Of a stretch of DNA of 64,000 bases, positions 12,247-23,721 are shown one piece after another. Positions within the stretch are counted from its first letter, which is position 1. Each line of letters opens with the position of its first letter. The DNA is from Albugo candida (Eukaryota), in the NCBI GenBank assembly GCA_040437565.1, contig JBDOQK010000004.1, positions 744,001 to 808,000 on the forward strand. The letters are read 5' to 3'. The translations under genes were made by a program, and so were the position numbers. The notes under the pieces are model-generated. The model worked only from the letters and a program-made list of their open reading frames with translations. It searched no databases and was not told the origin of the DNA.

Positions 12247-13355
12247 TGGAGAAGAATGTGTATCAAGCAGATAAATCGGCTGCGCTGACGAAAGAATTGA
12301 CCGATGCGATAAAGACGCAATTAAAAGGTATGTCTTAGCTGGTCCGAGTACGCACTAATGGCGTTGATTCGATAGCTGGCAACTATCCGCGTTTCAAATA
12401 CATCGTGCAGGTGGTTTTGGGTGAACAACGAGGCGAAGGCGTTCGGTGCGTATCTCTCGGTCCGCTTTTGCTGATTCTGATAATTTCTTTTAGAATGGGA
12501 TGTCGATGCTTATGGGATGCTGGAATCGACTGTTATGCTTCTGAGACGTTTGTAAATGTACGAGTGGGTGAGCGTGCTTCAGGATCACCACTAAGGCTCT
12601 TTTTAGGACAGCTTATTTTGCGTCGCAGTGGCTTATGCGGTGTACCTGTATTAAGGGGAGAATGATTGCTTTTGCGTATAGTTACGACGACAACACGATT
12701 TTCTTTCTATTTGAGCGATAAAGCAGACGAGGGGCAGTCAGATCAGCAAATTTAGTAAATTAGAATACAGAAAGGGTTACAAGTTTATCGAAGGATTGAG
12801 AACAGTGGCACTATTCCTTGTGTCAATAAAACTCTGTTTTTGGAAGCAGTTAAAGAATTAAGCTTTCATGCGTCAGGAGTCGAGGCAAGACTTTTGCTTT
12901 TTGCTAGTCTGATTGTTCGTTAGCATTGATGTATCGAATGCCACATGTTTGGCCGTAGCAGTTTCGTTCTACAAAATAGTAACTTTACGCTGGGAAAGTA
13001 AGAATGTGATGGACAGAATATTCGGCACATCTCCCGCGGTCGTGCATTGTAAATCTAAGAATCAGATATCCAGCTCGATTTATTTCAATCGTGAATTTTA
13101 TCAGTCCTGAAGAAGTTCCTCAGCATAATGTGCATGTCCCGGACTCATTTCTGCCTGGTTATGCAAGCAATATGCTATAGTGTACAGTCATTACCGCGAT
13201 GCAAAATCCCTGTAAATGGTATCATTTGTCAGGGTGATTTGCCAGAAGGAGCCGTCCCATCAATCATAAAGATGGGAGACTTGCACAAAGATATGGCATG
13301 CGTCACCTGGAACGAAGGTGATAAGAAACTGGAAGCTGTTGTCGACAACTTTGAT
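12247..13355 (+). repeat. Diverged direct repeat of 11021-12146 (~1.1 kb)
   Basis: Collinear by eye, with many substitutions and small indels in the intergenic part, unlike the apparently exact duplications at other gaps. Confidence 0.9.
12248..12654 (+). CDS. Second, partial Tctex light-chain copy (allele or paralogue)
   Basis: Same exons as 11022-11429 with near-identical coding sequence but substitutions in the introns; starts at the gap edge. Confidence 0.7.
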
Positions 13356-13972
13356 CTCAAGGTCCATGTATGGCTGCCTACGTTTTGAGTTAGTATCAAC
13401 CCTTCGGGATTCTTTTCGCTTATATCTGGTCGGGGAGGGATTCTGGGTAATTTAAATGTCTGTGAGATGAAGAGTTCATTCTTTGAGTTCATTCTTCATC
13501 TCACAGACAATTAGATTACCCAAAATCCCCCCCCCGACCAGATATAAGCGAAAAGAATCCCGAACGGTTGATACTAACTCAAAACCTAGGCAGCCATACA
13601 TGGGCCTTGAAAATCCATAAGATTGTACATGGTGAAAATATATTTGAAAAAGAGAGTTTGAAAGCGGTGCCATTGACAAATGGAAGAAATGTAACGAATA
13701 TTGCACATGTCCACTTTTCCATCCGAGATGATAACCTCGTACCGTCCCATTACATCGATTACACGGATGATATGAAACAAATACCTTTTGCAATGAGGCT
13801 AAATACTGATGGACTTGATGTAAATATCTATGCATCAGGATCGAAAGGAGAATCTAAACTCGACTGGACATTTGGATACAAGCAGTTGTGCTCACAAAAA
13901 GCTCAATTTATCAAACCGGGAGGCACCTTTCTGATTGGGCTGACAGAAACCCCAGCATCACAAGAATCTTAA
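13128..13972 (+). pseudogene. Small putative secreted protein, version B (~197 aa when reconstructed), interrupted by a foldback insertion; possibly rescued by splicing
   Basis: The 5' ORF (13128) and 3' ORF (ending 13972) join in frame as ...VVDNFD-L-KIHKIVHGE... once 13360-13610 is removed. Confidence 0.7.
13357..13610. mobile_element. Foldback/MITE-like element, ~250 bp near-perfect hairpin
   Basis: Left arm TCAAGGTCCATGTATGGCTGCCTACGTTTTGAGTTAGTATCAACC...GAGATGAAGA (13357-13473) is the reverse complement, with few mismatches, of 13493-13610 (...GGTTGATACTAACTCAAAACCTAGGCAGCCATACATGGGCCTTGA). Loop is 19 nt. Confidence 0.9.
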
Positions 13973-14859
13973 CATCAGCGAATAATCGCTACAATGTTTG
14001 CATGTTTCAATAAAGCTGGTCACTTTGGTTGATGGCCTCGAATCCATCCCAAGATTAGGTCACCTGGACTCACGCGCGCCTTCAGTTCTAATCATTAAAC
14101 CGGTAGCGAGAGAATCTTAGTTAATGCACTTTTACAGTTGCAATTATAGGAGTGCATGCTCCTCTTCTTACTTATATAACCAGAATGCCAATTTTTCTTC
14201 CTCAGTATCTATCCGCTATGCGAGAAAACCAAGAAGATAAGGGCATTGCCTCATACCAATCTGGATTCCTCAATGCGAAGGACATTCTTATGGCTTGCAA
14301 CAGACTCGAATCCACTCTTTCCTCTGAGCGCCCTCCATCAAATCTTACAGCTTGGTCTATTCTATCAATCCAAGACGCTCAGTAATCCGCCAAGATAACT
14401 GCTAATTTCCATAGCACGATACAACTGCAGAATTACATCCTTTTATCCAAAAAAAACCAAAGCTATCTTGCGCACAATTGCCAATAAGTAAGAGAACACA
14501 ACATGTCCTCACTACGATTGAATAGAAAGTGGACTTTTCCCTTCGCTTGACACATAGACTCTAGATCAGAGGCGAGATGACCACCGGTGCTGCAGCGGCT
14601 TATACTTCAGCTTCAAAGTCGACGGAGATATTCCTTGAACCTCTTCCTTCATGAATTCTTTGCAAGGGGATTTTAGCGTGGTGATGCAAATGGGGCCAAT
14701 CGTCACGCGTTCATGCTTCTAATGACATTCACAATTTTAATTTTCCGGATGAACCATTTAAAAAAGCTATCAGAAAATACAGAATCAACCATTTATTCTA
14801 TTACGCGTGGGACAAGCTGGCAAGACGGATGCTCGACCTGCGACTTCGTGTACCACTAG

Positions 14860-15760
14860 TATCATACATCCGAAATGATCTGTTCGTACGACTGTCCGCT
14901 CATAGAACACCCTGAGCACACAGAGACGATAGAAACTATTTCAAAGCATCCGATTAAACACTGTTACACCGATCGTGATCCATTGGCGAAGGAGAATCTC
15001 AAGCCTATATGAATACCAACGAAGACTTTTGAGAAACTGGTGACACAATGCTCCAGTCTAATACAGTTGTGGTATATGGGCTGCCCAACAAAGACTCCAA
15101 CGACCATTTTTCGTCGAACGGCTATAATAATACGACAGACAATTACAAACGCTTCTTCTGACTGCTAAAGAATGCTGATCGAAGCAAAAATCGTACCATT
15201 TACATTCTCGAGCCGGATGCGATCGGCTTGTTTATGGACCCTGATGAAGTGAAAAAAGGTCCCAAATATGAGAAAACCCTCCGAACGGCAATCAGAATGC
15301 TGAGCTGTCGAGATTTATCAAGTGGGATCTACATTGATATTGGGTTCTGGTGCTTAGGAACGATGAAAGCCGCAGAAGTTACATTGTATCTACAAGGATA
15401 AGAAATGCAAAAGGTTTGTTCCCAATACTTCCAACTTTCGATTTGATGCGGAAATGGATGTCTCGTGTGAGTGGTTTTGTCAGGCTTCTCAATGTAATTA
15501 TGCGTTTATCGTGAACATATTATTTAGCTTTTTGAGTCGACCAGCTTCCGTAAGGTGGTGTAATGTCAAACATGCTAGAATCGGTTTCCCACCCACAAGA
15601 GGCACTGGGTATAAGTACATCAAATACATTCTATGGGTCAAACTCCCAGGGAAGCGATGGAGAAGGCAGAAATCGATAATCAGTCGCGATGTTGGTACCT
15701 CCGGACGGCAAATTTTCCTACGAGCACTTTATGATCCTCAGGAACAATGGCTATTTTGTC
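14860..15760 (+). pseudogene. Glycoside hydrolase family 6 (cellulase/cellobiohydrolase) pseudogene
   Basis: Motifs in the expected order: CYTDR, VVYGLPNKD (15066), IYILEPDAIGL (15198), IYIDIGFW, NTSNFR, WCNVKHARIGFPPT, ILWVKLPG/SDG. In-frame TGA at 15159-15161 plus frameshifts. Boundaries approximate. Confidence 0.85.
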
Positions 15761-15913
15761 TGCGAAAAAGAACTATTCGAGATAAAAAATCAGTGAGTCT
15801 CCGCACCCATATAACCCACGTTGCAGGAAGGGCTCTGTTGGTCTCATTGAGCCTGAAGAATGCATTTAACGTTATATGAATGCGGGTAGTAAGTCTGGTA
15901 CAATTTATCATTC

Positions 15914-17283
15914 TCACGCCAGGATCAACGGTGTCAAAAGCAGTATGCATGTACACAAATCAGATACCGAGAGAAGCAACGCTCCATTATCTTCCTTACC
16001 AGAACCTGACAGCGAATCGTCCGAAACAACAGATTTCTTCTCAACTTGTCGATCACGCTGTGCTCCCGTGCATCCGTTCTCGCGTTTGCACTCACCTCCT
16101 GTCACATTTTCCTGACGACTTCTCTACCGACATCGCCACCAACCGAACCGTAACCCGAATTCGAGTCGGATTCATTCTCTGTACCACCCAATGCGTCCGG
16201 ATTGGTGAAATTGCTGAGACACGTTCCATACCACCACACGCTTGAGACGAGGACGAGTAACAGTATGCACATTGGTTTCCTGTCGATATTTCATCTAATC
16301 CGCATTGCTGAGAACGCATGTTGCATGTTGCAGCTCCATATTGTCCGGCATAGATACATTTATTGGGATCAATTTTTTTCTGGCAAAACTGGCCTTTGTA
16401 ACCACCGGTAGAAACAGCGAATCCACCGTCCGCTGGTCACTGGACTGACGACTTGAGTTTAGTGGCTGATGTATTACTTTCAAGGTCCGCCTTTTTGGTC
16501 ATGGTACAATCCACATCATTACTCGCCAATGAATTCTGAATTCACCGGAATGGCTTTCATCATGGAGGCGATACCCTTCTCGTATGGGTAAGAGAAAGGC
16601 ATGCTGGATGGTCCATTGCTCCACATTCGAGAGCAGCTATTCGCCAGTCTTCCTCCGTCGAGCGCTCATTTGGTACCAATATCTTTACGATTCTTGATGC
16701 AATCGCCACCTTCGCCTATCAAGCACTTTTATCCTGCAACATTTCAAGGTTGACATGGAAGGGAAGCGGAATGATTGAGAAGATGTGAAAGTTCTCCTGT
16801 TCGTCGATATCGAGCAACTTTTACCAGCTACAATCCTTCAGCCCTGTCGGGTGACGGAAGCTGAACGTAAGCGGAATCGGCTCCAGTGCACGCGCTAAAA
16901 ATCTTCCATGTTTCGGGAATAGTGAAATCGAGTCTTTGAGGCAAATTGGGGTTTTCCAGATATTGCTCCGTGTAATCCTGGCTTGTTCAGCACTTTCCAT
17001 CCAAGCTACAAACCATTCTACAGAAGCTATCAAGGTCCTTTTGCCCAACATGAAATTTCCTATTCCTGGCTTTCCATCATTTGTACACAATTTTGACGGA
17101 ATCTTGTCGAGTTGAATGCGTCTCAAAGAATTGCTTTGAATTTCCGTCACGTGAAGAAACTTTGGTTGTGCGACTCGCTAGTCGAGCACGAATTTCTGTG
17201 CCGCCTGAGCAGCTGCTTGGGTCAGCACCGCTGGAGATTAGTGTCTCTCCACACAAGGCGAAAATGAGACAGAAAATAAGCAT
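15914..17283 (-). pseudogene. Decayed gene for a Cys-rich secreted/surface protein (signal-like N-terminus, EGF-like segment, hydrophobic GPI-like tail)
   Basis: One frame from MLIFCLIFALCG reads protein-like through several stops; then GGYKGQFCQKKIDPNKCIYAGQYGAATC...CAYC; ends in a Ser/Gly linker and ALLLSVSDLCTCILLLTPLILA*. Confidence 0.5.
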
Positions 17284-17430
17284 AGCATCGATCGATACGC
17301 ATAGACGAAAAAGTAATAAAAAACGGAGCANNNNNNNNNNNNNNNNNNNNNNNNNNNNNNNNNNNNNNNNNNNNNNNNNNNNNNNNNNNNNNNNNNNNNN
17401 NNNNNNNNNNNNNNNNNNNNNNNNNNNNNN

Positions 17431-18481
17431 CTGTCGATATTTCATCTAATCCGCATTGCTGAGAACGCATGTTGCATGTTGCAGCTCCATATTGTCCGGC
17501 ATAGATACATTTATTGGGATCAATTTTTTTCTGGCAAAACTGGCCTTTGTAACCACCGGTAGAAACAGCGAATCCACCGTCCGCTGGTCACTGGACTGAC
17601 GACTTGAGTTTAGTGGCTGATGTATTACTTTCAAGGTCCGCCTTTTTGGTCATGGTACAATCCACATCATTACTCGCCAATGAATTCTGAATTCACCGGA
17701 ATGGCTTTCATCATGGAGGCGATACCCTTCTCGTATGGGTAAGAGAAAGGCATGCTGGATGGTCCATTGCTCCACATTCGAGAGCAGCTATTCGCCAGTC
17801 TTCCTCCGTCGAGCGCTCATTTGGTACCAATATCTTTACGATTCTTGATGCAATCGCCACCTTCGCCTATCAAGCACTTTTATCCTGCAACATTTCAAGG
17901 TTGACATGGAAGGGAAGCGGAATGATTGAGAAGATGTGAAAGTTCTCCTGTTCGTCGATATCGAGCAACTTTTACCAGCTACAATCCTTCAGCCCTGTCG
18001 GGTGACGGAAGCTGAACGTAAGCGGAATCGGCTCCAGTGCACGCGCTAAAAATCTTCCATGTTTCGGGAATAGTGAAATCGAGTCTTTGAGGCAAATTGG
18101 GGTTTTCCAGATATTGCTCCGTGTAATCCTGGCTTGTTCAGCACTTTCCATCCAAGCTACAAACCATTCTACAGAAGCTATCAAGGTCCTTTTGCCCAAC
18201 ATGAAATTTCCTATTCCTGGCTTTCCATCATTTGTACACAATTTTGACGGAATCTTGTCGAGTTGAATGCGTCTCAAAGAATTGCTTTGAATTTCCGTCA
18301 CGTGAAGAAACTTTGGTTGTGCGACTCGCTAGTCGAGCACGAATTTCTGTGCCGCCTGAGCAGCTGCTTGGGTCAGCACCGCTGGAGATTAGTGTCTCTC
18401 CACACAAGGCGAAAATGAGACAGAAAATAAGCATAGCATCGATCGATACGCATAGACGAAAAAGTAATAAAAAACGGAGCA
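17431..18481 (+). repeat. Apparently exact duplicate of 16280-17330 across a gap (assembly artefact)
   Basis: Identical ORF translations at offset 1151; both copies abut the 100-N gap. Confidence 0.9.
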
Positions 18482-19480
18482 CTTTTGCGGTGAAATATGG
18501 CGGCCAAGACACTATGCAGATGATCTTTAGCTGCTAATGAACTAGTTTGTCAAAACGATATTGATGGTTCTAGATATGAAGGGATTCTTGATTGCAAAAC
18601 GCGATGCCGAGAGACTTCTCGATCTCTATCACCCCACAAGATACATATTGACCATCTCTTGTATCACATGTCGGATTCTCTCCTTCGTGTTCCACCTTCA
18701 CATCATGCATTGAATGTACAATTTTCCCTAATACTTTTGTGAAGAGCCATGACGACTCGGAGAGGCGAAAGAACAAAGTCGCACTGGTGAATTGGGAGTT
18801 AATTAAATAAATATTATATTGAGTAGGAAAGAAAAATGAATCTAAAGCGGCTGAGATTGTCAAAGGTTTGATCACATGGATGCATATGAGAGTGGTTATA
18901 ATTTTTTGGTCAAACGATACGCTCCGTTCATGAGTTCCTTCAGTCGGGTAGCGCGATAGCAAATCTTATCACGAGAGTATTTATATAACGTCGATCACAA
19001 CTCTTTGATTCTAATGTCAACTTATCCGGTGTACCCGCGTTAAGTGAGTGTGGTGACGTCAAAGAGGCCCACATGATCAAAGCTGTCGACGATGTGATGT
19101 CTTATCATTATGTTGGTTGTACTTCGAAAGGTAAACTTGTGCCTTTGCGTCTACAAATGCAACGTCTACTGGAAGACAGTATGTATAATTTTCCACGTTT
19201 TGAGCCCCGCATTGCAATCTCGGAGTATACTTGCCTAGCAAATTCGGCACATTATGCATTGCCGTGAATTGATTCAAGTTCAAGATTTTATCGGATTCCA
19301 GAACTCTTGTCGTAATCGATCTTTTTTTGAGCTGTTTCGCGCTCATAGATCGATCATAGCAGTTCTTGTTATACTGGGTAACATTTATGCGCTCTGTCAC
19401 GATTCATTGATAATTATGCTTATTTCCACATTGTTGACCGGGTGGATTGGTTAGATTTTTTCGACTATATTGTTTTTGAA

Positions 19481-19585
19481 GCTTGTTGAAGCTGGCTGAC
19501 CGGTTACTAACTTACTTTGGCGGTCAGATAACGTCATGAAACTGATAGAACTGGTTGATTTTCCGGTGAAATCTTCACCAGGAGT
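19481..19585 (+). repeat. 5' LTR-like remnant
   Basis: GCTTGTTGAAGCTGGCTGACCGGTTACT...ATAACGTCATG..CTGATAGAAC...CGGTGAAATCTTCACCAGGAGT matches 22990-23085. Confidence 0.7.
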
Positions 19586-21093
19586 TAACGGAGCGACCAG
19601 CGGAAGTCCCTAAAAAGAATTGTTTTCGTTATCGATAGACAATCGTCTATAGCCCGAAGTCTTAGCTCCAAATATCTCTGGGATTGCTGAAGGTTTCAGT
19701 TCCCCTTGGCAACGAATCGGAGAATCATTCTCTTTGTCGACAGATGATGGCAAATATCACCTACAAGAGTGCTGATGGGAAGGAAGCGATAGCGCTGTGT
19801 ATTGCCAAAGTTCTGTGCAGCACTTGCTTAGAATTGTTGTACAATGGCCCTCTCGTGTGGATTGATGACTTAATTGCACGTCGCGTGGTCGTATTAGGAA
19901 TTACTTTCTCTGCTATATGGTGTTCTAACAATATGTCGGAAACCTAATATGAAGCTAATATCGGAATAAATGTTTTTTTTGGAAGCGCGAGATGCGTTGG
20001 CGTGAAAAAATTGTCTCCGGTGAAAGCGTTCGACACAATCCCGAAAGAATTCAAGCTTTGATTGACTTTTCGCATCCAAGAACTGGATCTAAGTTGCAGC
20101 AATTCATCTGCGCAGCGAATTGGGTGCGAAACTATATACCGTGCTTTGCTGTGATAACCCAGCCACTGCTAGTTTTTACGGAATTTTTTTGACTGCAGTT
20201 GATGGTCGCGCCCAACACAAAGTGGAAATAATCGTCCTCACCGTGATCGGATGGACTGACAAACAGACACGCTGCGCTCTCGATCTGAGAGAAGCCATCC
20301 GAATGCAGTGCCGCTGACGCATCCACGTGACGATATGACGATATTTGTATGTACTCATACCAGTAAAATTCATTGGGGTGCGATGAACACTTAAATATCA
20401 GTGGACCAAGCAATGCTCTCACTCGCGGACATGGAACACCAGACGCTCGTGTTTCTTAGTGGAACATTAGCAGACCCAAAAATACTGGACCGTTTTTGAG
20501 AAACAGCATTTTCCATTTTGAAGATGGGCAATACTGCTGATTGTATCTTGAACAGACAGCAAGGATTTCATCTATAAGCGGAAAACCGCTATCTCAAGTT
20601 CATTTTCGGTCCTCATGCGATTGTTTCCACGGTACTGAGGTTTACCATTGACAAATTACAGCGTTGGGCTGCATATATGATCGGCTTAAACAACTGCATC
20701 TGCGATATTACTGGGGTAGCAAATGTCTGGGCAGATTTATTATCCTGTTGGGGATCAACACATGCTTCAATTGTGCAGTTGTACAGCTTGACCCGACTCC
20801 GAAAGAGATCAAGAAGGTTGAACACCAATTTCCACCATCGAAACTCACATGCTATGAAGGAGAGAATGGCTATGCGGAAAAGTGGACAGCATGTACTTAC
20901 ATCCCTATTAGACCGACTAATTTGTTCATTCGATTGTGTTTGGCAGCCCATTTCAGTTGTGGAGTTTCAATGATTTTCATTACACTGATTAAATGGTTAC
21001 TCTGCTACCTTCCTATCCTATCATGATCCCCTAACCGTGTGAATATCATTTCATTATGGCTTTAAATCTAAGGAGGTAGATATGTTTCAAGCT

Positions 21094-21295
21094 TCTCTGC
21101 TTGGGTGGGCTCAAATCGATGCCCATTCTGCCGGGGGTAGAACCAACGATCCGCGACACGGGATCCGCTTGCTTAACGGACCAAGCTGACACCACCTGTG
21201 ATCGATGGGTCAGGGCATTAGTTTCCGTGCCAACAGTGCGTTGGTTCGATCCCCGGCGGTGGTAAATGGGCAGCGGTGGACCCCCTCGGCAGAGA
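21094..21295. other. GC-rich imperfect palindrome of two tRNA-like units inside the gypsy relic
   Basis: 21191-21264 has ACCACC/GGTGGT acceptor-like ends and a GGTTCGATCCC B-box. The minus strand of 21094-21190 carries a related CGTTGGTTCTACCCCCGGCAG..AATGGGCA..GCAGAGA unit. Confidence 0.45.
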
Positions 21296-22989
21296 TAAAG
21301 AATTCTCCACGTAAATGTCAATCTACTCGATAAAGCTGCGGACGTGGCAAGACCGCTTGCAACTACACCAGAGAACAGCCTTTACAGGAGTAGGGCCGCG
21401 CTCTTCAGATCGTTACATACCAGTGATTGGAATGTAGTAGATAGCCACCAAACTAGCAAGATGTGTCTCAGTATAAGCACTATTTGTGAGCACTCTCAGC
21501 TGAATCAGCTGTGGAGAACATCGTGGCATTGAAGACAAGTAGCGTCAGTTTTTTCATAAAAAGTACTTGGTGTTTTGTCTTCCTCGTGATTTGTCTTGCA
21601 TTAATCCTCCGTGAAGCAATCTAGGCGACAGCTTTGTCGATAGCTTGATTGACTTTCGTTTCTTTGGTAAATAGAAGTACGTGTAGTATCATTTCTAAAC
21701 ATCTGTCCTACCGGTAATGTAGACCTAACTAGATATGTTGTGGTACCGGTACCTAACCCATCACTTGCATTGCTCGATTAGTGAGCCAAACCATGCACAG
21801 GGATCGCTGAGTGAAGCTCTTTATGCGACCAAACTCAACGAGACAATACATTTCGACTATATTTACACGGGGAGAAGTGCTCAAGATAACAAATGGCTTC
21901 TTGTCACGAAGGACGATGCTTCTAAGTTTACTTGATGCGAACAACGTCAGTACACTCGATGACAGCCGCAGATTGCTTGCTAAGATGGTTTGTAAATTAT
22001 GGTGTATGTCATACATGACTTTCAAAACAAGACACCCATTTCAAGAAGGAGCTGTTCCGTGAAATGCAACGAGTACTGGGATAAGTACTCCTCCCTTCAT
22101 CCCACTCAGATACCTGTGGACAAAAAGAATGGTCGAGCGAACGACTAGAGGAGTTCCTAAATGTATCAGGATACTGCTGAGCGAATGGAGAATGCAAGCA
22201 GACGAGTGAGACAAAGTTATTTCTTGATACAGCGTATCTTGAATCAGTCACCATCCACGACACTCCATGGTGAAAGTCCAATCAAGGCTTTGCTGACTTT
22301 TCACCGATACGACCACTTAATGGAATTCTCGCGGATTCCCCAAGTTAAGGAACGGCGACAACTCTTCAGGAGATATGGAATACGAAAAAAAGACCAATTA
22401 GTTTGGTTGAGCTACGCAGACAAGTGTCGGTTTCTTCGCACAGATCGAGAGAAGATATCATAGAGTGCACATGGCAATTGAAAAAACGACGAAACAGGTA
22501 CAGTTGGATGCTGGAGATTTTGTGTTATACGCCGACGTGTGGGCGGAGACCCATAACAAAATCAGAACGAAATGGAATGGACCAGCCCAAGTAACCAGAA
22601 CAATTTCCGACTGGATTTTCAAGATCCGAAATCCGGTCACTCAACTACACGTGAGGTAGTCCCGTATAAATTCTATGCTGAAAGCGACTCAGATGTTTCT
22701 GGAAATTTGCTGGAGATGATTGCTCACAAAAGTGAGAATCATGTTATCGAGCGACTTATGCTCACTGATTTCACAAACCGACATTGCAATACGAAATGCT
22801 GATCAAACGGAAAGATTTGTCGAGCGTGGAAGATACATGGGGGCTTGTAGAGAAGCTAATGGAGGATTGCCTGTGCTGGTGGGATTGCAAATCGAAGTCA
22901 AAAGGTACGTGCAGGAAGAAGATGCCACAAGATCTGAATATACCTTTGCAAAGAGCGATGTAGAGGATGCTATATCCGCTTGAGCTGTT

Positions 22990-23085
22990 GCTTATTGACG
23001 CTGGCTAACCCGTTACTTAGGCCGCTAAATAACGTAATGTACCTGATAGAACCAATAAAGTTGCGGTGAAATCGCCACCAGGAGT
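22990..23085 (+). repeat. 3' LTR-like remnant
   Basis: GCTTATTGACGCTGGCTAACCCGTTACT...ATAACGTAATG..CTGATAGAAC...CGGTGAAATCGCCACCAGGAGT, preceded by TGTT at 22986. Confidence 0.7.
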
Positions 23086-23721
23086 CTCCGAGAATAGTTT
23101 TTGAGCTGCCCGTGTGGTGCTAGGTTGCTACAAGTTCGAGCTACCTAGTCATATCTCCGCTAAATGGTTACAGATCCATTTGACGAATAGATACAGCTTG
23201 ATTTACCAAAATATGTATCTATCAGGCTCTAACTACGCAATGGAAGCTCAGTAAAAAAAGGGTTTCCATGTTCTGCGTTGAAGCACTGAGAAAAAGATAC
23301 TTTGATATCAGTGAACACATATCTAGGGTATGCTCGACACTTCCAACACTCGTTTCAATTTGCTTTATCTATTACAATGACTTATAATCGAGGGAAGGAA
23401 ATGAGTACGAAGCCTTCTGCATCTCTGCGCTTCGATCAAACGAATGTGCTATCGTCAGAAGAAGATTTTGATTTAAAAGCGGGTTTTAAGCTGGTATCTA
23501 TTTGGTAGCTAATGTGAAGCTCTATTTACTCAGTATTCTCCCTTAAAATTCAGGTACATACTATAGACTTTCCGATCAAGTCCTAGGACTAGTATGTAAA
23601 TGTAGCATCCTGGAGAAGTCGTTTAGTCGTCTTTTACACTTGTAATTTTCCATGATGTTGAACAGCGATCGTCAATATTATTCTTTCAATCTGAAATTCC
23701 TTCCGTTCGATCACCAAGAAT

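Larger units (their letters stand above)
19481..23085 (+). mobile_element. Degenerate Ty3/gypsy LTR retrotransposon (RT-RNaseH-integrase, possible chromodomain), gag/protease apparently deleted
   Basis: RT LVWIDDLIA (~19855); PERIQALIDF..LQQFICAANWVRNYIP; RNaseH end KLQRWAAYMIG..GVANVWADLLS; integrase NETIHFDYIYTG..LVTKDDASKF; GDFVL..KWNGPAQV; chromo-like ..EDTW. Many stops and frameshifts; bracketed by degenerate direct repeats. Confidence 0.88.

Noticed and set aside
16280-18481. 1,051-bp tandem repeat that could be mistaken for LTRs or a gene duplication
   Set aside because: The copies appear identical and end exactly at the gap edges; assembly artefact.
18570-19454. Several 60-130-aa ORFs between the pseudogene and the gypsy relic
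   Set aside because: No recognisable motif or consistent exon structure.
21191-21264. Functional tRNA gene
   Set aside because: D, anticodon and T stems contain several mismatches; kept only as a tRNA-like relic.
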